This document shows, in pieces, positions 1 through 10,354 of a stretch of 37,247 nt of DNA. The position numbers and the translations under genes are program-made. Positions within the stretch are counted from its first letter, which is position 1. Every line of letters begins with the position of its first letter. Location: the NCBI GenBank assembly GCA_050287845.1, contig JBNKCR010000079.1, positions 1-37,247 on the forward strand. Reading direction: 5' to 3'. The notes beneath the pieces are model-generated. The model had not been told where the DNA came from. It saw nothing but the letters and a program-made list of their open reading frames with translations, and searched no databases. The DNA is from Polyangia bacterium. Its GTDB lineage: Bacteria; Myxococcota_A; Polyangia; JAAYKL01.

Positions 1-140
1 TACGAGCAGCTTTGCTGCGCGCCCGCAAGGCCCGACCGAGGTGTAGCCATAGCTACATCGACCGAGGGACTGAGGACGAAAGCGCAAAGATGCCGAATTA
101 CTGCGATTGCAGCAAGGAGTCAAACCGGTCGCCGCTCTAG
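1..140. repeat. REP/MITE-like structured non-coding element, probably truncated by the window edge
   Basis: Internal hairpin GGTGTAGC-cata-GCTACATC (40-59) is nested in an imperfect outer stem (CAGCTTTGCTGCGC ... GCGCAAAGATG). The element ends in CTAG at 137-140, has no credible ORF, and resembles intergenic repeats seen in deltaproteobacteria. Confidence 0.45.
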
Positions 141-173
141 GTTTTGTTTAAAAGGGTATTGAACCTTGCTGCT

Positions 174-1490
174 CTATTCCATCCCCCAGGCGTAGTGCAG
201 ACGATCCAGACCCGATTGGTTGGGAATGGAGAGGGTCAGATCGGCACCGCTTCCGTCCTTGATGGTCATGCTGTACCAGTCTCCATCTCTGAGACCTGGC
301 CAATAGAAGCTGCCCATTTCCCAGTTGTGCAACTGGTTGCTGATGCCGCGTATGTACCCCTCGAAGTAGTTGGTGGGAGGGTGACTGTAGTCCAGGTAAT
401 CATAGTTTTTGCCATTTTTGCTGCCCGGGCTCATGGGACCACCCCACTCTGTGCAGATAGTTCGGTCGGCATAGTTGCCTACCGAGCCCTTGATATGATT
501 CTCCCAGTCTGTTTCGTTGATCATGGATTCTCCGCCAAAAAAACTGTAGTCATGCACCGCCAGCAGGCAATCTTTCAGGCGGTCGTCCGAACCAACGTCC
601 GGGACGTTCTGGGCGTTGCCGGTGCCGTCAAGGATGACCCTGCCATGGGGTATCTCTGGAAAACGGGTCAGCCAGCTGTAGTACAGGTCGCCCAGCTCGG
701 TTTTGTTGTACATATTGGGCTCGTTGAAGACTTCAAAATAGGCATTTTCGTTGCTGCCGTATTTGTCGGTCACGGTCTTCCACATGTCCCACCAGGCGTT
801 CATGTCCGGAGGCCGGTTATCTTTGTGGCTGTCCCAGTAAGCAAACACTACTTGCCCTTTGGCCAGCACCGCGTCGATGGCGCCGGTATAGGTGCTCCAG
901 TATTGCTGGATGGTCGCTTCATTGATGGGCAAACGGACAGCGTTGGCGCCCACCTTCGAGACGAATTGATCCATGACGGCCGTCCCCGTGGCGAACGCTG
1001 AGTCATATGTGTCGGAGGAGGAGAGACCGGAAATGTAGAGGACACCCGCCTGAAAATTATCCCGGGGGTCGGCCCAGTTGAGGCCTTTGAATCGATCGAA
1101 GATCGGCTGGGTATCTGTATCGGCGCCCGTGTCTGTATCGGTGACCGAATCGGTTCCCGAGTCGGAGTCGGTATCCGAGTCTGTATCGGTATCCGAGTCG
1201 GAGTCTGTATCCGAGTCTGTATCGGTATCCGAGTCGGAGTCTGTGTCCGAGTCTGTATCTGTATCCGAGTCTGTATCGGTATCCGAGTCGGAGTCGGTAT
1301 CCGAGTCTGTATCGGTATCCGAGTCGGAGTCGGTATCCGAGTCGGAGTCGGTATCCGAGTCGGAGTCCATATCCGACTCGCCGCTGTTTTCGGTCTCCGT
1401 TGTGTCATTCGTTGAATCTTCTGCGCAACTTAAAGCAAAAACCCATAACACAACAAAAAGAATTGTAGAGTACCACTTAATTTTATTCAT
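174..1490 (-). CDS. Glycoside hydrolase family 5 (cellulase-family) lipoprotein with N-terminal Asp-Ser/Thr repeat stalk
   Basis: Lipobox ALSC; long (DSDT)n tract; GH5-type acid/base motif FEVFNEP, AVHDY and nucleophile motif ICTEWG; RBS-like AAAGGA upstream. Confidence 0.8.
   Translation of the reverse strand: MNKIKWYSTILFVVLWVFALSCAEDSTNDTTETENSGESDMDSDSDTDSDSDTDSDSDTDTDSDTDSDSDTDTDSDTDTDSDTDSDSDTDTDSDTDSDSDTDTDSDTDSDSGTDSVTDTDTGADTDTQPIFDRFKGLNWADPRDNFQAGVLYISGLSSSDTYDSAFATGTAVMDQFVSKVGANAVRLPINEATIQQYWSTYTGAIDAVLAKGQVVFAYWDSHKDNRPPDMNAWWDMWKTVTDKYGSNENAYFEVFNEPNMYNKTELGDLYYSWLTRFPEIPHGRVILDGTGNAQNVPDVGSDDRLKDCLLAVHDYSFFGGESMINETDWENHIKGSVGNYADRTICTEWGGPMSPGSKNGKNYDYLDYSHPPTNYFEGYIRGISNQLHNWEMGSFYWPGLRDGDWYSMTIKDGSGADLTLSIPNQSGLDRLHYAWGME
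1111..1378 (-). repeat. Degenerate hexamer tandem repeat encoding the DS/DT stalk of the GH5 protein
   Basis: Repeated GAGTCG/GTATCC/GTATCG/GAGTCT units; translates to [12 protein letters not shown]... Confidence 0.9.
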
Positions 1491-1758
1491 TCCTTTACCT
1501 CTTGTTTTTCTGTTTTATATACTTTTTATATATACGTGTCTTTCTTTTCCACATTTCGGGCAGTTGCCGGTAAAAATTACCTGAAAAAAAGAGATATTAT
1601 TCGGGCGTTAAAACGGCATGGCAAACCTGTTTGCAACGGAGGAGATGACGTTGCAGACAACGATGGCGCGTGTGACAAAAATCGCCGGGAGTGATTTTCT
1701 ATATCGGCGAACTATGAAAATGACTAAATCTCTGTCATAATGATCCGGCATTCTGAAA

Positions 1759-2691
1759 ATGATCACGGCGCATAAGGCGCAATGGGAGGACATTCTGATA
1801 AAAGGCATTAAAAAATGGTTTTTGCCGCTGTTGCTGATGGGGGCCATATTCGTGGTGTCTCCAGCCAGTAGGGCGCAGGAAATCACGGCCCGGGGAGTGG
1901 GAGTAGTTGGGGGTATCGTGGCGGGAGCGGAATCGGTGCTGGTGGTCGAATCGATAGTTCGCGTCAAGCCCCTGTGGCCCTGGCTGGTCATTCCGGCGGC
2001 AGGCGCCATTGGTGGTGGGATTGGTGGTTATAAACTGGAAAAGGCCAGCCGTGGCGGCGCTATCGCGCTGCTCATTACCAGTATGGTGGGCGTGATTCCA
2101 ACCATGATTGCGGTATCGTCCGCGCGATCGTTTCATCCGGAGGATGTGGGGGCCAGACAGGGGGCGGCAGAGGCGCCGCCCGCAGTGAAAGTTGACATTC
2201 CGAACGAATCTGACACCGGAACGACAACGGTCCGGGAGAGCAGTGGCGAAGCCACCGTGGAAGTGGAAGCCCGCCCGGATGGTATTCCCGATGGGATGGG
2301 ACCGCCAGCGCCGGAGAGTGATTCGACGACCGAACCGGTAGCGCCCGTAGCACCCGAAGATGAAGCGGCTGCCCCGGCGGAATCCACGGAGGGCAAAGTG
2401 GACGTTGAAATGGAATCGGGTGACGCAGAGTCCGGCGAAGGAGCGGCCCCCGCTGATACGCCCGCTGATGATGATTTGAATACTGAAAAAGAACCTTCGG
2501 CGCAAAACATCCGAAAGGCCGAGCAGCTGGCGCATCTTGCCGGTGGCGCGCTGCTGCACGTGAACCGCGCATATCGATTGGGACTTGGAATTCCCGCCAT
2601 CGATGTGTACCCCGTCCAGCTTCCCCAGCCCCATACTCATCTTTCCGGTACAGAAGTCTACATTCCCGTCCTCTCCATGGATTTACCGTAG
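1759..2691 (+). CDS. Hypothetical membrane protein with Gly-rich hydrophobic helices and an acidic Pro/Ala/Glu linker
   Basis: 310-aa ORF with several hydrophobic segments, then a low-complexity acidic region and a short beta-rich C-terminus. The start codon is uncertain. Confidence 0.6.
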   Translation: MITAHKAQWEDILIKGIKKWFLPLLLMGAIFVVSPASRAQEITARGVGVVGGIVAGAESVLVVESIVRVKPLWPWLVIPAAGAIGGGIGGYKLEKASRGGAIALLITSMVGVIPTMIAVSSARSFHPEDVGARQGAAEAPPAVKVDIPNESDTGTTTVRESSGEATVEVEARPDGIPDGMGPPAPESDSTTEPVAPVAPEDEAAAPAESTEGKVDVEMESGDAESGEGAAPADTPADDDLNTEKEPSAQNIRKAEQLAHLAGGALLHVNRAYRLGLGIPAIDVYPVQLPQPHTHLSGTEVYIPVLSMDLP

Positions 2692-2836
2692 GATTTTAAA
2701 TTTTTTTTAAATGTCCCGGCTCGACTATAGCTTCACTGCCCGAAAGAGTGAATTCATCACTTGTGTGGCGCTAGCCGGTCACGTAAAATGTATTGTACGC
2801 CAACTTAATTTCTTTATTGCTTGAGGAGGGTATCCA

Positions 2837-5182
2837 ATGCATCGACCATTCTATCGTTTCATCGTTTTTACGTCTTTTGTGGTTCTGAGTTTTACAGGAG
2901 GGGCCTGCAGTAATCCACCGGCTGAAGGATCGCCGACAGGTAGTGTGGACAGCTCAAACGGTGATTCGGATTCGAATTTTGATTCCGGGTCAGCAACTGC
3001 TGGTTTCGATACGGGGAACACGGCAACCGATTCAAACGATGCCACTGTAACTGGAATGCCGGAGCGCGACGCTGAAATTCTGAGGACAATTAACGAGGAA
3101 ATTGACGCCTCCAGTCAGATGACCTCTGCCGATCTGCTTGCCCGGTATCCCTCACAGACCCGGACCGAACTGGATTATACCCCGTTGGATGCGCAGAACC
3201 TCGAGTTGATTCAGGCGTCTGACCTCGCCATGAATGACGCGGAGCTGGCTCTGCTTGATGCCAATGGCTTTACAATTACGGGGCGACACAATTTTCTGAA
3301 TTTTTTTGACGCGTACTCAAAAATATACAAAGCGGATTTGCCGGTGTACATCTCTGCAGATGCCATTCTGGACACGGTGCACCGGTCATTCGATGATATC
3401 CTCGAAAATATCGAAACCCAAATCCTTCACGAGAAACTGGATGCACTGTTGAGCAATCTGCGGAATGAATTGACCGGTTCCACATCTGTTTCTGACGATA
3501 TTCGAAATGATCTGGATTTTTACCTTACGGTGGCGCACTCGCTTCTGAATGATAAAGTACTGTCTGCTGCGTTTGCGGACGCTTCTGCAGTGAGTGACTT
3601 TTTTCAGAAAGCGCAGGCGGCAAGCGGAGTAGAAGAAGTAGCGCTGTTTGCCAGCAAAAGAGAAATTGATTTCTCCCAGTTTACGCCTCGGGGTCACTAT
3701 ACGCATTCGGAAGAACTGTCAGCGTACTTTCGTGCGATGATTTGGCTTGGGCGAATCGATTTTCGCATGGTGGAAACTATGCAGGATGGAACGCAGGTGG
3801 TACAGAGACCTCAACTGCAGGCAGTACTGGCGTTGCATACGCTGACTGAAAAACATCTGCCGCTCTGGCAGCAAATTAACGAAGCCATTGAGCTGTTTGT
3901 CGGCGAAAGCGACAATCTGACACCGCTGGAAACCGGAAATCTGTATACAGCTCTTGGGATTTCGAATATTTCCGACCTGGATGCCCTTTCAGATGACGCG
4001 ATTCTGAACATCATTTTATCCAATGGTTTCGGGGCACAGCGAATTTCAAGTCACATTATGGCTGGCGGGTATCGCACCACACTGCCGCTGAACGCCAGCT
4101 ATCTTATTTTTGGGCAGCGATTCACTGTAGATACTCATGTGTTCTCCAATCTGGTTTACGACCGGGTCATGGGAGGCACTGTCAAGCGGATGATGCCCTC
4201 TCCCCTGGATGTGGGATTTGCTGTGCTGAACAACAATCAGGCCGGTGCATTGCTGCAATCGGAGTTGGACAAGTACGGGTATGCCCCGGACCTGCACATG
4301 ATGCGCACCATTACCGCCACATATGACGATGACTTCTGGAATGGCAATCTGTACAACCTGTGGCTTCGCTCTTTACAGACACTATCTGAGTCAGAATCGG
4401 AAAAAATGCCGTCGTTCACTCAGACCGCCCAATGGCAAACGCGTATGCTCAATACCCAGTTGGGTTCCTGGGCACAACTTCGCCACGATACCATTCTATA
4501 TGCGAAGCAGTCATACACCAGCGGGCCGAGCTGCGAGTTTCCCGATGCGTATGTGGAGCCGTATCCGGCCTTCTTTGAACGCATTGCGGCATACGCGGAC
4601 AAAGCAGTGGCGGCGGTGGGGCAGCTGGATGACACCGGCAGCAATGCGCTGTTGCAGGGCGTTCTGAATTATTTTACCGAGCTCGCATTCATCTCTGACA
4701 TACTGCATGAAATGGCACAGCAACAACGGGACGGCATTCCGTATACCGAGGAACAGCTTGCATTTATCAACGATGCCATTCGCATCGAGTATGAACCCGC
4801 CGGATGCTATGAGAGAGAAGTGCCGGCGGGTTGGTACAAAAAGTTGTTCTTCGATCCCGAGAGTGCGTTGGAGTTTGATCCCACCATTACCGATGTGCAT
4901 ACACAGCCTGCGGATGAAGTTGGAAACAGAGTGGGTAAAGTGCTTCATGTGGCCACTGCCGCTCCGAGGCTGATGATCGTTACGGCCAACCAATGCAGTG
5001 GACCTCGTGCCTATGCCGGCGCAATCTTTTCGTATCATGAGGTGGTCACTCAGGATTTTCAGCGTCTGACGGATGAGGAATGGAGCTACAGTATCTACAT
5101 TGAAATGTATCCGGAATATGACGAAGGCGAAGGGGTTCCGTTTGTTGACCCACCATGGATGGCGCCACTGATTTCGGAGTAG
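2837..5182 (+). CDS. DUF3160 domain-containing lipoprotein
   Basis: RBS GAGGAGG; lipobox GGAC; family-typical motifs DFSQFTPRGHYT, YFRAMIWLGR, LGSWAQLRHDTILYAKQSY and YVEPYP. Confidence 0.85.
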   Translation: MHRPFYRFIVFTSFVVLSFTGGACSNPPAEGSPTGSVDSSNGDSDSNFDSGSATAGFDTGNTATDSNDATVTGMPERDAEILRTINEEIDASSQMTSADLLARYPSQTRTELDYTPLDAQNLELIQASDLAMNDAELALLDANGFTITGRHNFLNFFDAYSKIYKADLPVYISADAILDTVHRSFDDILENIETQILHEKLDALLSNLRNELTGSTSVSDDIRNDLDFYLTVAHSLLNDKVLSAAFADASAVSDFFQKAQAASGVEEVALFASKREIDFSQFTPRGHYTHSEELSAYFRAMIWLGRIDFRMVETMQDGTQVVQRPQLQAVLALHTLTEKHLPLWQQINEAIELFVGESDNLTPLETGNLYTALGISNISDLDALSDDAILNIILSNGFGAQRISSHIMAGGYRTTLPLNASYLIFGQRFTVDTHVFSNLVYDRVMGGTVKRMMPSPLDVGFAVLNNNQAGALLQSELDKYGYAPDLHMMRTITATYDDDFWNGNLYNLWLRSLQTLSESESEKMPSFTQTAQWQTRMLNTQLGSWAQLRHDTILYAKQSYTSGPSCEFPDAYVEPYPAFFERIAAYADKAVAAVGQLDDTGSNALLQGVLNYFTELAFISDILHEMAQQQRDGIPYTEEQLAFINDAIRIEYEPAGCYEREVPAGWYKKLFFDPESALEFDPTITDVHTQPADEVGNRVGKVLHVATAAPRLMIVTANQCSGPRAYAGAIFSYHEVVTQDFQRLTDEEWSYSIYIEMYPEYDEGEGVPFVDPPWMAPLISE

Positions 5183-5220
5183 TACGAAGCGCTGCTTCCT
5201 GTTATACCGTTTGGCAACCA

Positions 5221-6255
5221 ATGTCAGATGAACAACCGACAGACAAAGTGAACAAGCGAGATGGCGTAACGAAAATTGATTGCCATGCGCATCTGATTGG
5301 TATTTCTCCTCGGAGTGGAGGATACGCCTCCCCAAAGATGCGTCGTTCGATTCCCTTTCAGTTTCTCCTTCGAAAGCAGGGGTTGCATAAACTCAAAGAT
5401 CCGGTGGCCCAGGACGCCAGATATGCGGAGATTCTTGCCGACACGGTGCGTACCTCAGAAATAGATAAATGTGTGGTGCTGGCGTTTGATCAGATTTTTA
5501 ATCGGGATGGGGCGCCCGAAGCAAAACAGACGTATCTGTATATCCCCAATGAGTATGTGCGCGATGTGACATCGCAGTATGCGGATTGCTTTTTGTACGG
5601 TGCCTCGGTGCACCCGTATCGCCGGGACTGTCTGGATGAACTGGAAAAAGTGCGGGCAGAGGGAGCCCGACTGGTGAAACTTTTACCCAACTCCCAGGGG
5701 GTTGATCCATCGGACTCGCGCATCACGCCATACTACCGAAAGGCGATCGACCTGGGGTTGCCCCTGCTGTTTCACTGCGGCTATGAGCATACGATTCCAG
5801 CGGTGAATCAGCAATACGGTGACCCCAATCGGCTTGTTCCCGCTCTTGAGATGGGAGTGACCATTATCATCGCCCACGGTGGCAGTTCCGGCCGGTTTCA
5901 TTTAAAGGAAACATTTGGCGATACGGTCCGGCTATTGCAGAAGTACGACAATTGCTATGCCGATAACTCGGCCATGACCAATTTCTGGCGCAGTCAGTAC
6001 ATGCTTGCGGTATTCACACCAGGGCTCCTGGAGCGAAAATACGGTGTTTCATCGGAGAAAATCGCCAGAAAATTTCTGCACGGCACCGACTATCCCATTC
6101 CGCTGACCCCTTTTGCTTTCGCCACTCGGCTGCCCCGGCCAGAGCGAAGCCGGATGAAACAGATATCCAACTTTTTTGATCTGGATTTGGCCATCAAACG
6201 TGCGGTGGGATTTAATGAACAATGCTTCGTCAACGGTGCGCAGCTGCTCGGGTGA
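5221..6255 (+). CDS. Amidohydrolase family protein (amidohydro_2 type)
   Basis: IDCHAH metal-binding motif, SVHP, LFHCG, IIAHGG and HGTDYP. Start placed at ATG 5221 (MSDEQ), downstream of the DUF3160 stop. Confidence 0.85.
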   Translation: MSDEQPTDKVNKRDGVTKIDCHAHLIGISPRSGGYASPKMRRSIPFQFLLRKQGLHKLKDPVAQDARYAEILADTVRTSEIDKCVVLAFDQIFNRDGAPEAKQTYLYIPNEYVRDVTSQYADCFLYGASVHPYRRDCLDELEKVRAEGARLVKLLPNSQGVDPSDSRITPYYRKAIDLGLPLLFHCGYEHTIPAVNQQYGDPNRLVPALEMGVTIIIAHGGSSGRFHLKETFGDTVRLLQKYDNCYADNSAMTNFWRSQYMLAVFTPGLLERKYGVSSEKIARKFLHGTDYPIPLTPFAFATRLPRPERSRMKQISNFFDLDLAIKRAVGFNEQCFVNGAQLLG

Positions 6256-6268
6256 ATCTCATACCTGG

Positions 6269-7753
6269 TTAAAAAGTCACCGCCAGTTGCGAGATAAGCA
6301 TCTTGAAGTCCGAATTGACGCCTCCCTCTTTTCGATGTTTGTTGAGAAGACCTTCCACTTTAAACACGACAGATGGAATGATTTGCCAGTTAATCCCTGC
6401 ACCGTAGGAGTGCCCTGCCCAGTATTCCACCCAGGCAGGCATGTCTTTATATTCATGCAGCACATAGGGCGTCAGGGTGAGGTTTTCAAACGGAAGCGTG
6501 TATGCCAGCAATTCGTAGCTGCCACTTCGTACGTGATCTGGCGTAAACAGTACTCCGCGACCGTGATCTGCGGACTCGCGATGTCCATCCTCATATTCGA
6601 TTAACCGGCGTACGTATTCCCCCTGAAGTCGCAATCCCCTCCATCCGAACTGGAGGTGGAGAGACATCGCCTTTTCCGCATAGGCAATGGTGGTGCTCTC
6701 GACAAACCCAATCGTCTGAAGGGTGGTCATGCGTCTGGTCACGTCCCGGTAATCCCCCATGTACAGATACGAGCCGGCATTCAAAAAAAACGGACCGTCG
6801 TACGCTGCCTGCAACGTCAACCCCAGTGCCTTGTTTTCATCCAGATCATAGACCTCCGCCGTTGGGCCCCGGCCATTGGATACGGTAAACCCATATTGAA
6901 CAATCGTACGTTCGCCCAGGTAGGCTTTGCCGAAGAGGTATAAGCCCAACTGTGCTTCCGGCAGATGACCTGACGTGCTGAGAAATGGCCGATGGGCAAA
7001 CAGAATCACCGGTGATGCATGCTCCTCATTCCATATGCCGAATGGCGTCAGGAAGTAGCCGACGCGAAACCCGAAATAGTCGTTCAGCGAATACTGCACG
7101 TATGCCCGCTGAATACTGATGCCGCCCCAATTGAAGAAATAATTGTCGACAATGTCCGTTGCGCGCGTATCGAAACGACTGTATTCCGTTCTTTCGAATC
7201 CGACCCAGTCCGATTCTTCTCCCATGGGCTGAAAAAGAAATCTAACCTCTCCGAGTACCGAAAAATGGTCGGAGAGAGATTTCCTGATGAATAGATTCCA
7301 GTGTCCAAGGGTGAATGTTGACGCATCCGGCAGATAGCCTTTGTAAAATGTGTCTTTTTTGATGAACAGTTTGGAAAACTGAACATCAAGAAATCCGTAA
7401 ATCTGCAAATCCATCTCTTGTGCCGCTTCGGTTTGAATACTATCCATTTCCTGCAGGTCCAGACGTTCTGACAGTTCTTCGATTCTCGCGGAATCGGCTT
7501 CGGATTTTTTTTCCAGTTCGGATAAACGCTGCTGAAGCACCGCCATTTCTGGCGATACATTGCCCATTCCCTCAGCAGATGACGCCGCCGCCAATTCCGC
7601 CGAACCATTCTGCGTTTCATCTGCGGTTTCAGTTGTCGATGACGCAGCAGTCGCGGAGGATTTCGGCATTGTGTCGTCTGCATCTGCCAGTTCCGGGTAG
7701 CAGAAAGCAACAGCGCCTGAAAGCATCATCGCAAGCACGAAATACGCGGACAT
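6269..7753 (-). CDS. Putative outer-membrane beta-barrel (porin-like) protein with N-terminal coiled coil
   Basis: Signal peptide; coiled coil LQQRLSELEKK; porin-like segments IYGFLD, GFRVGYFLTPFGIWN and VSNGRG; C-terminal Phe (QLAVTF). Start uncertain (7753 or 7798). Confidence 0.7.
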   Translation of the reverse strand: MSAYFVLAMMLSGAVAFCYPELADADDTMPKSSATAASSTTETADETQNGSAELAAASSAEGMGNVSPEMAVLQQRLSELEKKSEADSARIEELSERLDLQEMDSIQTEAAQEMDLQIYGFLDVQFSKLFIKKDTFYKGYLPDASTFTLGHWNLFIRKSLSDHFSVLGEVRFLFQPMGEESDWVGFERTEYSRFDTRATDIVDNYFFNWGGISIQRAYVQYSLNDYFGFRVGYFLTPFGIWNEEHASPVILFAHRPFLSTSGHLPEAQLGLYLFGKAYLGERTIVQYGFTVSNGRGPTAEVYDLDENKALGLTLQAAYDGPFFLNAGSYLYMGDYRDVTRRMTTLQTIGFVESTTIAYAEKAMSLHLQFGWRGLRLQGEYVRRLIEYEDGHRESADHGRGVLFTPDHVRSGSYELLAYTLPFENLTLTPYVLHEYKDMPAWVEYWAGHSYGAGINWQIIPSVVFKVEGLLNKHRKEGGVNSDFKMLISQLAVTF

Positions 7754-7822
7754 TCTGTATTCTGTTCCCTTCACTTTTGTGTACCTTTCTGTAATCAATC
7801 TGAGTTGTCAGAATTGGTGCGA

Positions 7823-8329
7823 TCATTGAACCGGCTGAAATGGAACAATCGTTATATCTCCGATATCGACGATTTGTGTGCCCGGCCCCAGAGTGACCGG
7901 AACAACTTCAGACCCTACCCAGTCCACGCCGGCGATAGGCCCCCGTCCATTGCCACCTCCCTCACAATAGATGATGACGCTCATGTAATAGTCGCCTCCC
8001 AGATTTGCCTGAGAAGATGAAATGGGGAGCACATCCCCCGCAGCAATTTCGGGATTTGAAATCTGTTCCCCGAATCCGACGGGAATACCGACCATCTGTG
8101 CATTGTCGAAAAAGCACACGGTCATGAGCACCGGCGTTGCATCGAAGCTTGCGGGAATCTGAAGTTGTAAACGAACGAGGTCTGCAGTCGGTTCGGTGTC
8201 TGCAGGAATCATGCATGCTCCGTTGACCTCTACCATATCTTCGCCGCAGACATTTTCACCAGTGCACGAAATGAGTGGCGAGCATAAGAGGGAGACGAAT
8301 ATAACACACAACTTACGTATCCTTTTCAT
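7823..8329 (-). CDS. Hypothetical lipoprotein, probably co-transcribed with the porin-like gene
   Basis: Lipobox LISC; short Cys motif CGEDMVEVNGAC; beta-rich body; RBS AAGGA. Confidence 0.7.
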   Translation of the reverse strand: MKRIRKLCVIFVSLLCSPLISCTGENVCGEDMVEVNGACMIPADTEPTADLVRLQLQIPASFDATPVLMTVCFFDNAQMVGIPVGFGEQISNPEIAAGDVLPISSSQANLGGDYYMSVIIYCEGGGNGRGPIAGVDWVGSEVVPVTLGPGTQIVDIGDITIVPFQPVQ

Positions 8330-8673
8330 TTCCTTGGCCTTTCCAGTTGCAGCAATTGGGTCTCGCGCCCAATCGGGATGGTCGTATCTTTCAGATCACC
8401 CTGGCTACCTTCCTCCTGAGGTGTGATTACAGCGAATATAACAAAATACATTATTATTGTATGTGCCCTTTCTATAAAGACAAGATAAAAATCACTTGTA
8501 TTTTGAAAAAATCTGCAATCGATTAAATTCGTTGCGGTGGTGCAATGTACGCGGAAGGATGAATTTTCGTTTTTTCCTGTATGTGAAATAATCAACGGAA
8601 CTATCTCCTGGAGGAGAGGTGGAACCCGTGCTCAGTACAATCATTGTGTCTCTTTGCCTGTCATACAATGAAA

Positions 8674-9666
8674 TCACGTCGGTTCACCGCACGCATCCGC
8701 AAACGTTTGCCAGAACAGATACGGACCGTCGGTTGGTGGTGCGGTTCGGGCATGAAAAATCAATGCCGCCATGGCTTTGGCGGAGTAGGTGGTTTCCAGG
8801 GCAATCCCGGCGTCTTCGGCCAGTTGCATTGCGTTATCGGCTTGTGGGTTGGTAATGGCGTATTGGGTGGAAAAGCCAGTTTGAACAGTGAACCGAATGT
8901 GATGTCGGCCTGGTGCGGGCAGTCCGGCCTTCCGGATGAGACGCAGGGTTCTTGCCATCAACAATGAAAGCATTGCATTGGGAAGCGCAATTTCCGGCAC
9001 CACCCGTACGGCCACGGTTTCAGGCGTCAGTCCCGCCATGGCCAGACCAATGGCGATTCCCACCGATGTGCCTCCTGTGCCGAGAGGTACGAAAATTTTT
9101 TGTGGCTCCGGTAACTGCCCCGCGTTTATCTGAGCGGCCAGCTCCAGTGCGCCAATCACGTATCCCAGCGTACCCAATGGCGTGCTGCCCCCCGGCAGGC
9201 AGATCTGGTACCTGGCCTGTCGACCCCGGAACGGTGCGGCAACTGCCTTGATTGGCCCGACCCATGACGATGGACTGGAGGACAGCGCAATGACCGGATC
9301 GCAGAGTTTGAGAATTTCATTGTGGATTACCCGGTGATGAGGCGTCATGGGTTGGGGCACCAGTACCGCCGCGGTGGAACGACCCAGCGCCTTTGCATGA
9401 AGTGCCGTGCTGTACACATGGTGCGAGCCGAGCGGTCCGAAGGTCAGCACCGGACGCGTTGATTCCTTTAACAGGAATTCCAGCTTGCGGACTTTGTTTC
9501 CGCCGTAGATGCGAGAGGATAAATCGTCGCGTTTAACCCATATATGCGGGTGGGCTGCCAAACCGGGCAGAAAAACCCGGTTCACGGGAGTGGGAAAATC
9601 ACCAAATGATGTTCGGTTGTAACAGCGTGAGAGCCGGGCGGCGAACTGCGCAATGTCTTTTTGCAC
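8674..9666 (-). CDS. PLP-dependent D-cysteine desulfhydrase / ACC deaminase family enzyme
   Basis: WVKRDDLS...GGNKVRKLEFL (PLP lysine), PGGSTPLG, VPLGTGGT and LETTYSAKA motifs. Start overlaps the HD-gene stop. Confidence 0.85.
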   Translation of the reverse strand: MQKDIAQFAARLSRCYNRTSFGDFPTPVNRVFLPGLAAHPHIWVKRDDLSSRIYGGNKVRKLEFLLKESTRPVLTFGPLGSHHVYSTALHAKALGRSTAAVLVPQPMTPHHRVIHNEILKLCDPVIALSSSPSSWVGPIKAVAAPFRGRQARYQICLPGGSTPLGTLGYVIGALELAAQINAGQLPEPQKIFVPLGTGGTSVGIAIGLAMAGLTPETVAVRVVPEIALPNAMLSLLMARTLRLIRKAGLPAPGRHHIRFTVQTGFSTQYAITNPQADNAMQLAEDAGIALETTYSAKAMAALIFHARTAPPTDGPYLFWQTFADACGEPT

Positions 9667-10307
9667 TATTCCGCCTCGCTGGTAGCCGGGAAAAACAATC
9701 GATAAATCTCACCCACGCCATCCCGTTTGAAAGAAATGCGCGCGAAGTCCGCGAGTATCGCGTTCAGACCCCGTCTGGGATATGTTCTGAATATATTTTT
9801 TATGACACCGCGTTCAAGTCCATGAGACCATTTGCCCAGGCTGTGCTCCACCTGTACCGCCCGTCGGAGCACTTCGCCCATGGGGGTGATTCCGGTCACG
9901 GTGCGAAACGAATGGTTGTAAAGCAGCATGTCGCGCATCTGCTGTTTCTGAAACGCATCCAACCCCCACGCATCGAGTAACGGCGCCGTAAATGCCACGC
10001 CGCGATACAGATAGTTGGGAGAATCATCGTCTGCCACCAGCAGTCCGATGTCGTGGAGGTACGCACCTGCATAGATAAGGTCGTAGTCCAGGTCGAGGGA
10101 TTCTCTGGCCGCCAATGCAATGGCAAATTCGCCCAGACGGATGCAGTGGTTCTCAAGTGCCCCCCCATAGGGATTGTATTCACACAGAATGTCAAATGCC
10201 TTTTCTTTAATCATCTGAACCTTTTCCAAAAAATGAGACGCTTTAAATACGTTGTAATCCTTTGTTGCCACCTGTGCTACCTGTTTTGGTGTGAGAAGCA
10301 CACGCAT
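9666..10307 (-). CDS. HD-domain protein
   Basis: NHCIR and AYLHDIGL motifs. Start could be ATG 10307 (overlapping the duplicated TGA) or the internal MIKEK. Confidence 0.75.
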   Translation of the reverse strand: MRVLLTPKQVAQVATKDYNVFKASHFLEKVQMIKEKAFDILCEYNPYGGALENHCIRLGEFAIALAARESLDLDYDLIYAGAYLHDIGLLVADDDSPNYLYRGVAFTAPLLDAWGLDAFQKQQMRDMLLYNHSFRTVTGITPMGEVLRRAVQVEHSLGKWSHGLERGVIKNIFRTYPRRGLNAILADFARISFKRDGVGEIYRLFFPATSEAE

Positions 10308-10342
10308 CACTCCACTTTTCCCTGCAGAAACCATTGTCTGCG
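10306..10342. repeat. 37-bp direct repeat, copy 1 (duplicate of the imuB 3' end; att-like)
   Basis: ATCACTCCACTTTTCCCTGCAGAAACCATTGTCTGCG, identical to 11219-11255. Confidence 0.95.
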
Positions 10343-10354
10343 TAGAAGTAATCC

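Noticed and set aside
70..81. CTGAGGACGAAA as a hammerhead ribozyme core
   Set aside because: Only one base lies between CUGANGA and GAAA, so stem II cannot form.
848..1584. ORFs with SVSESE or TRIPTP repeats (also at 22391-23151 and 24307-24972)
   Set aside because: Antisense or alternate-frame shadows of the DT-encoding hexamer tracts, which lack stop codons in several frames.
10215..10307. HD-gene N-terminal extension (…FKASHF…) as a dnaE2 5' remnant
   Set aside because: Only a 3-residue resemblance to the DnaE2 GASH motif, too weak to support.
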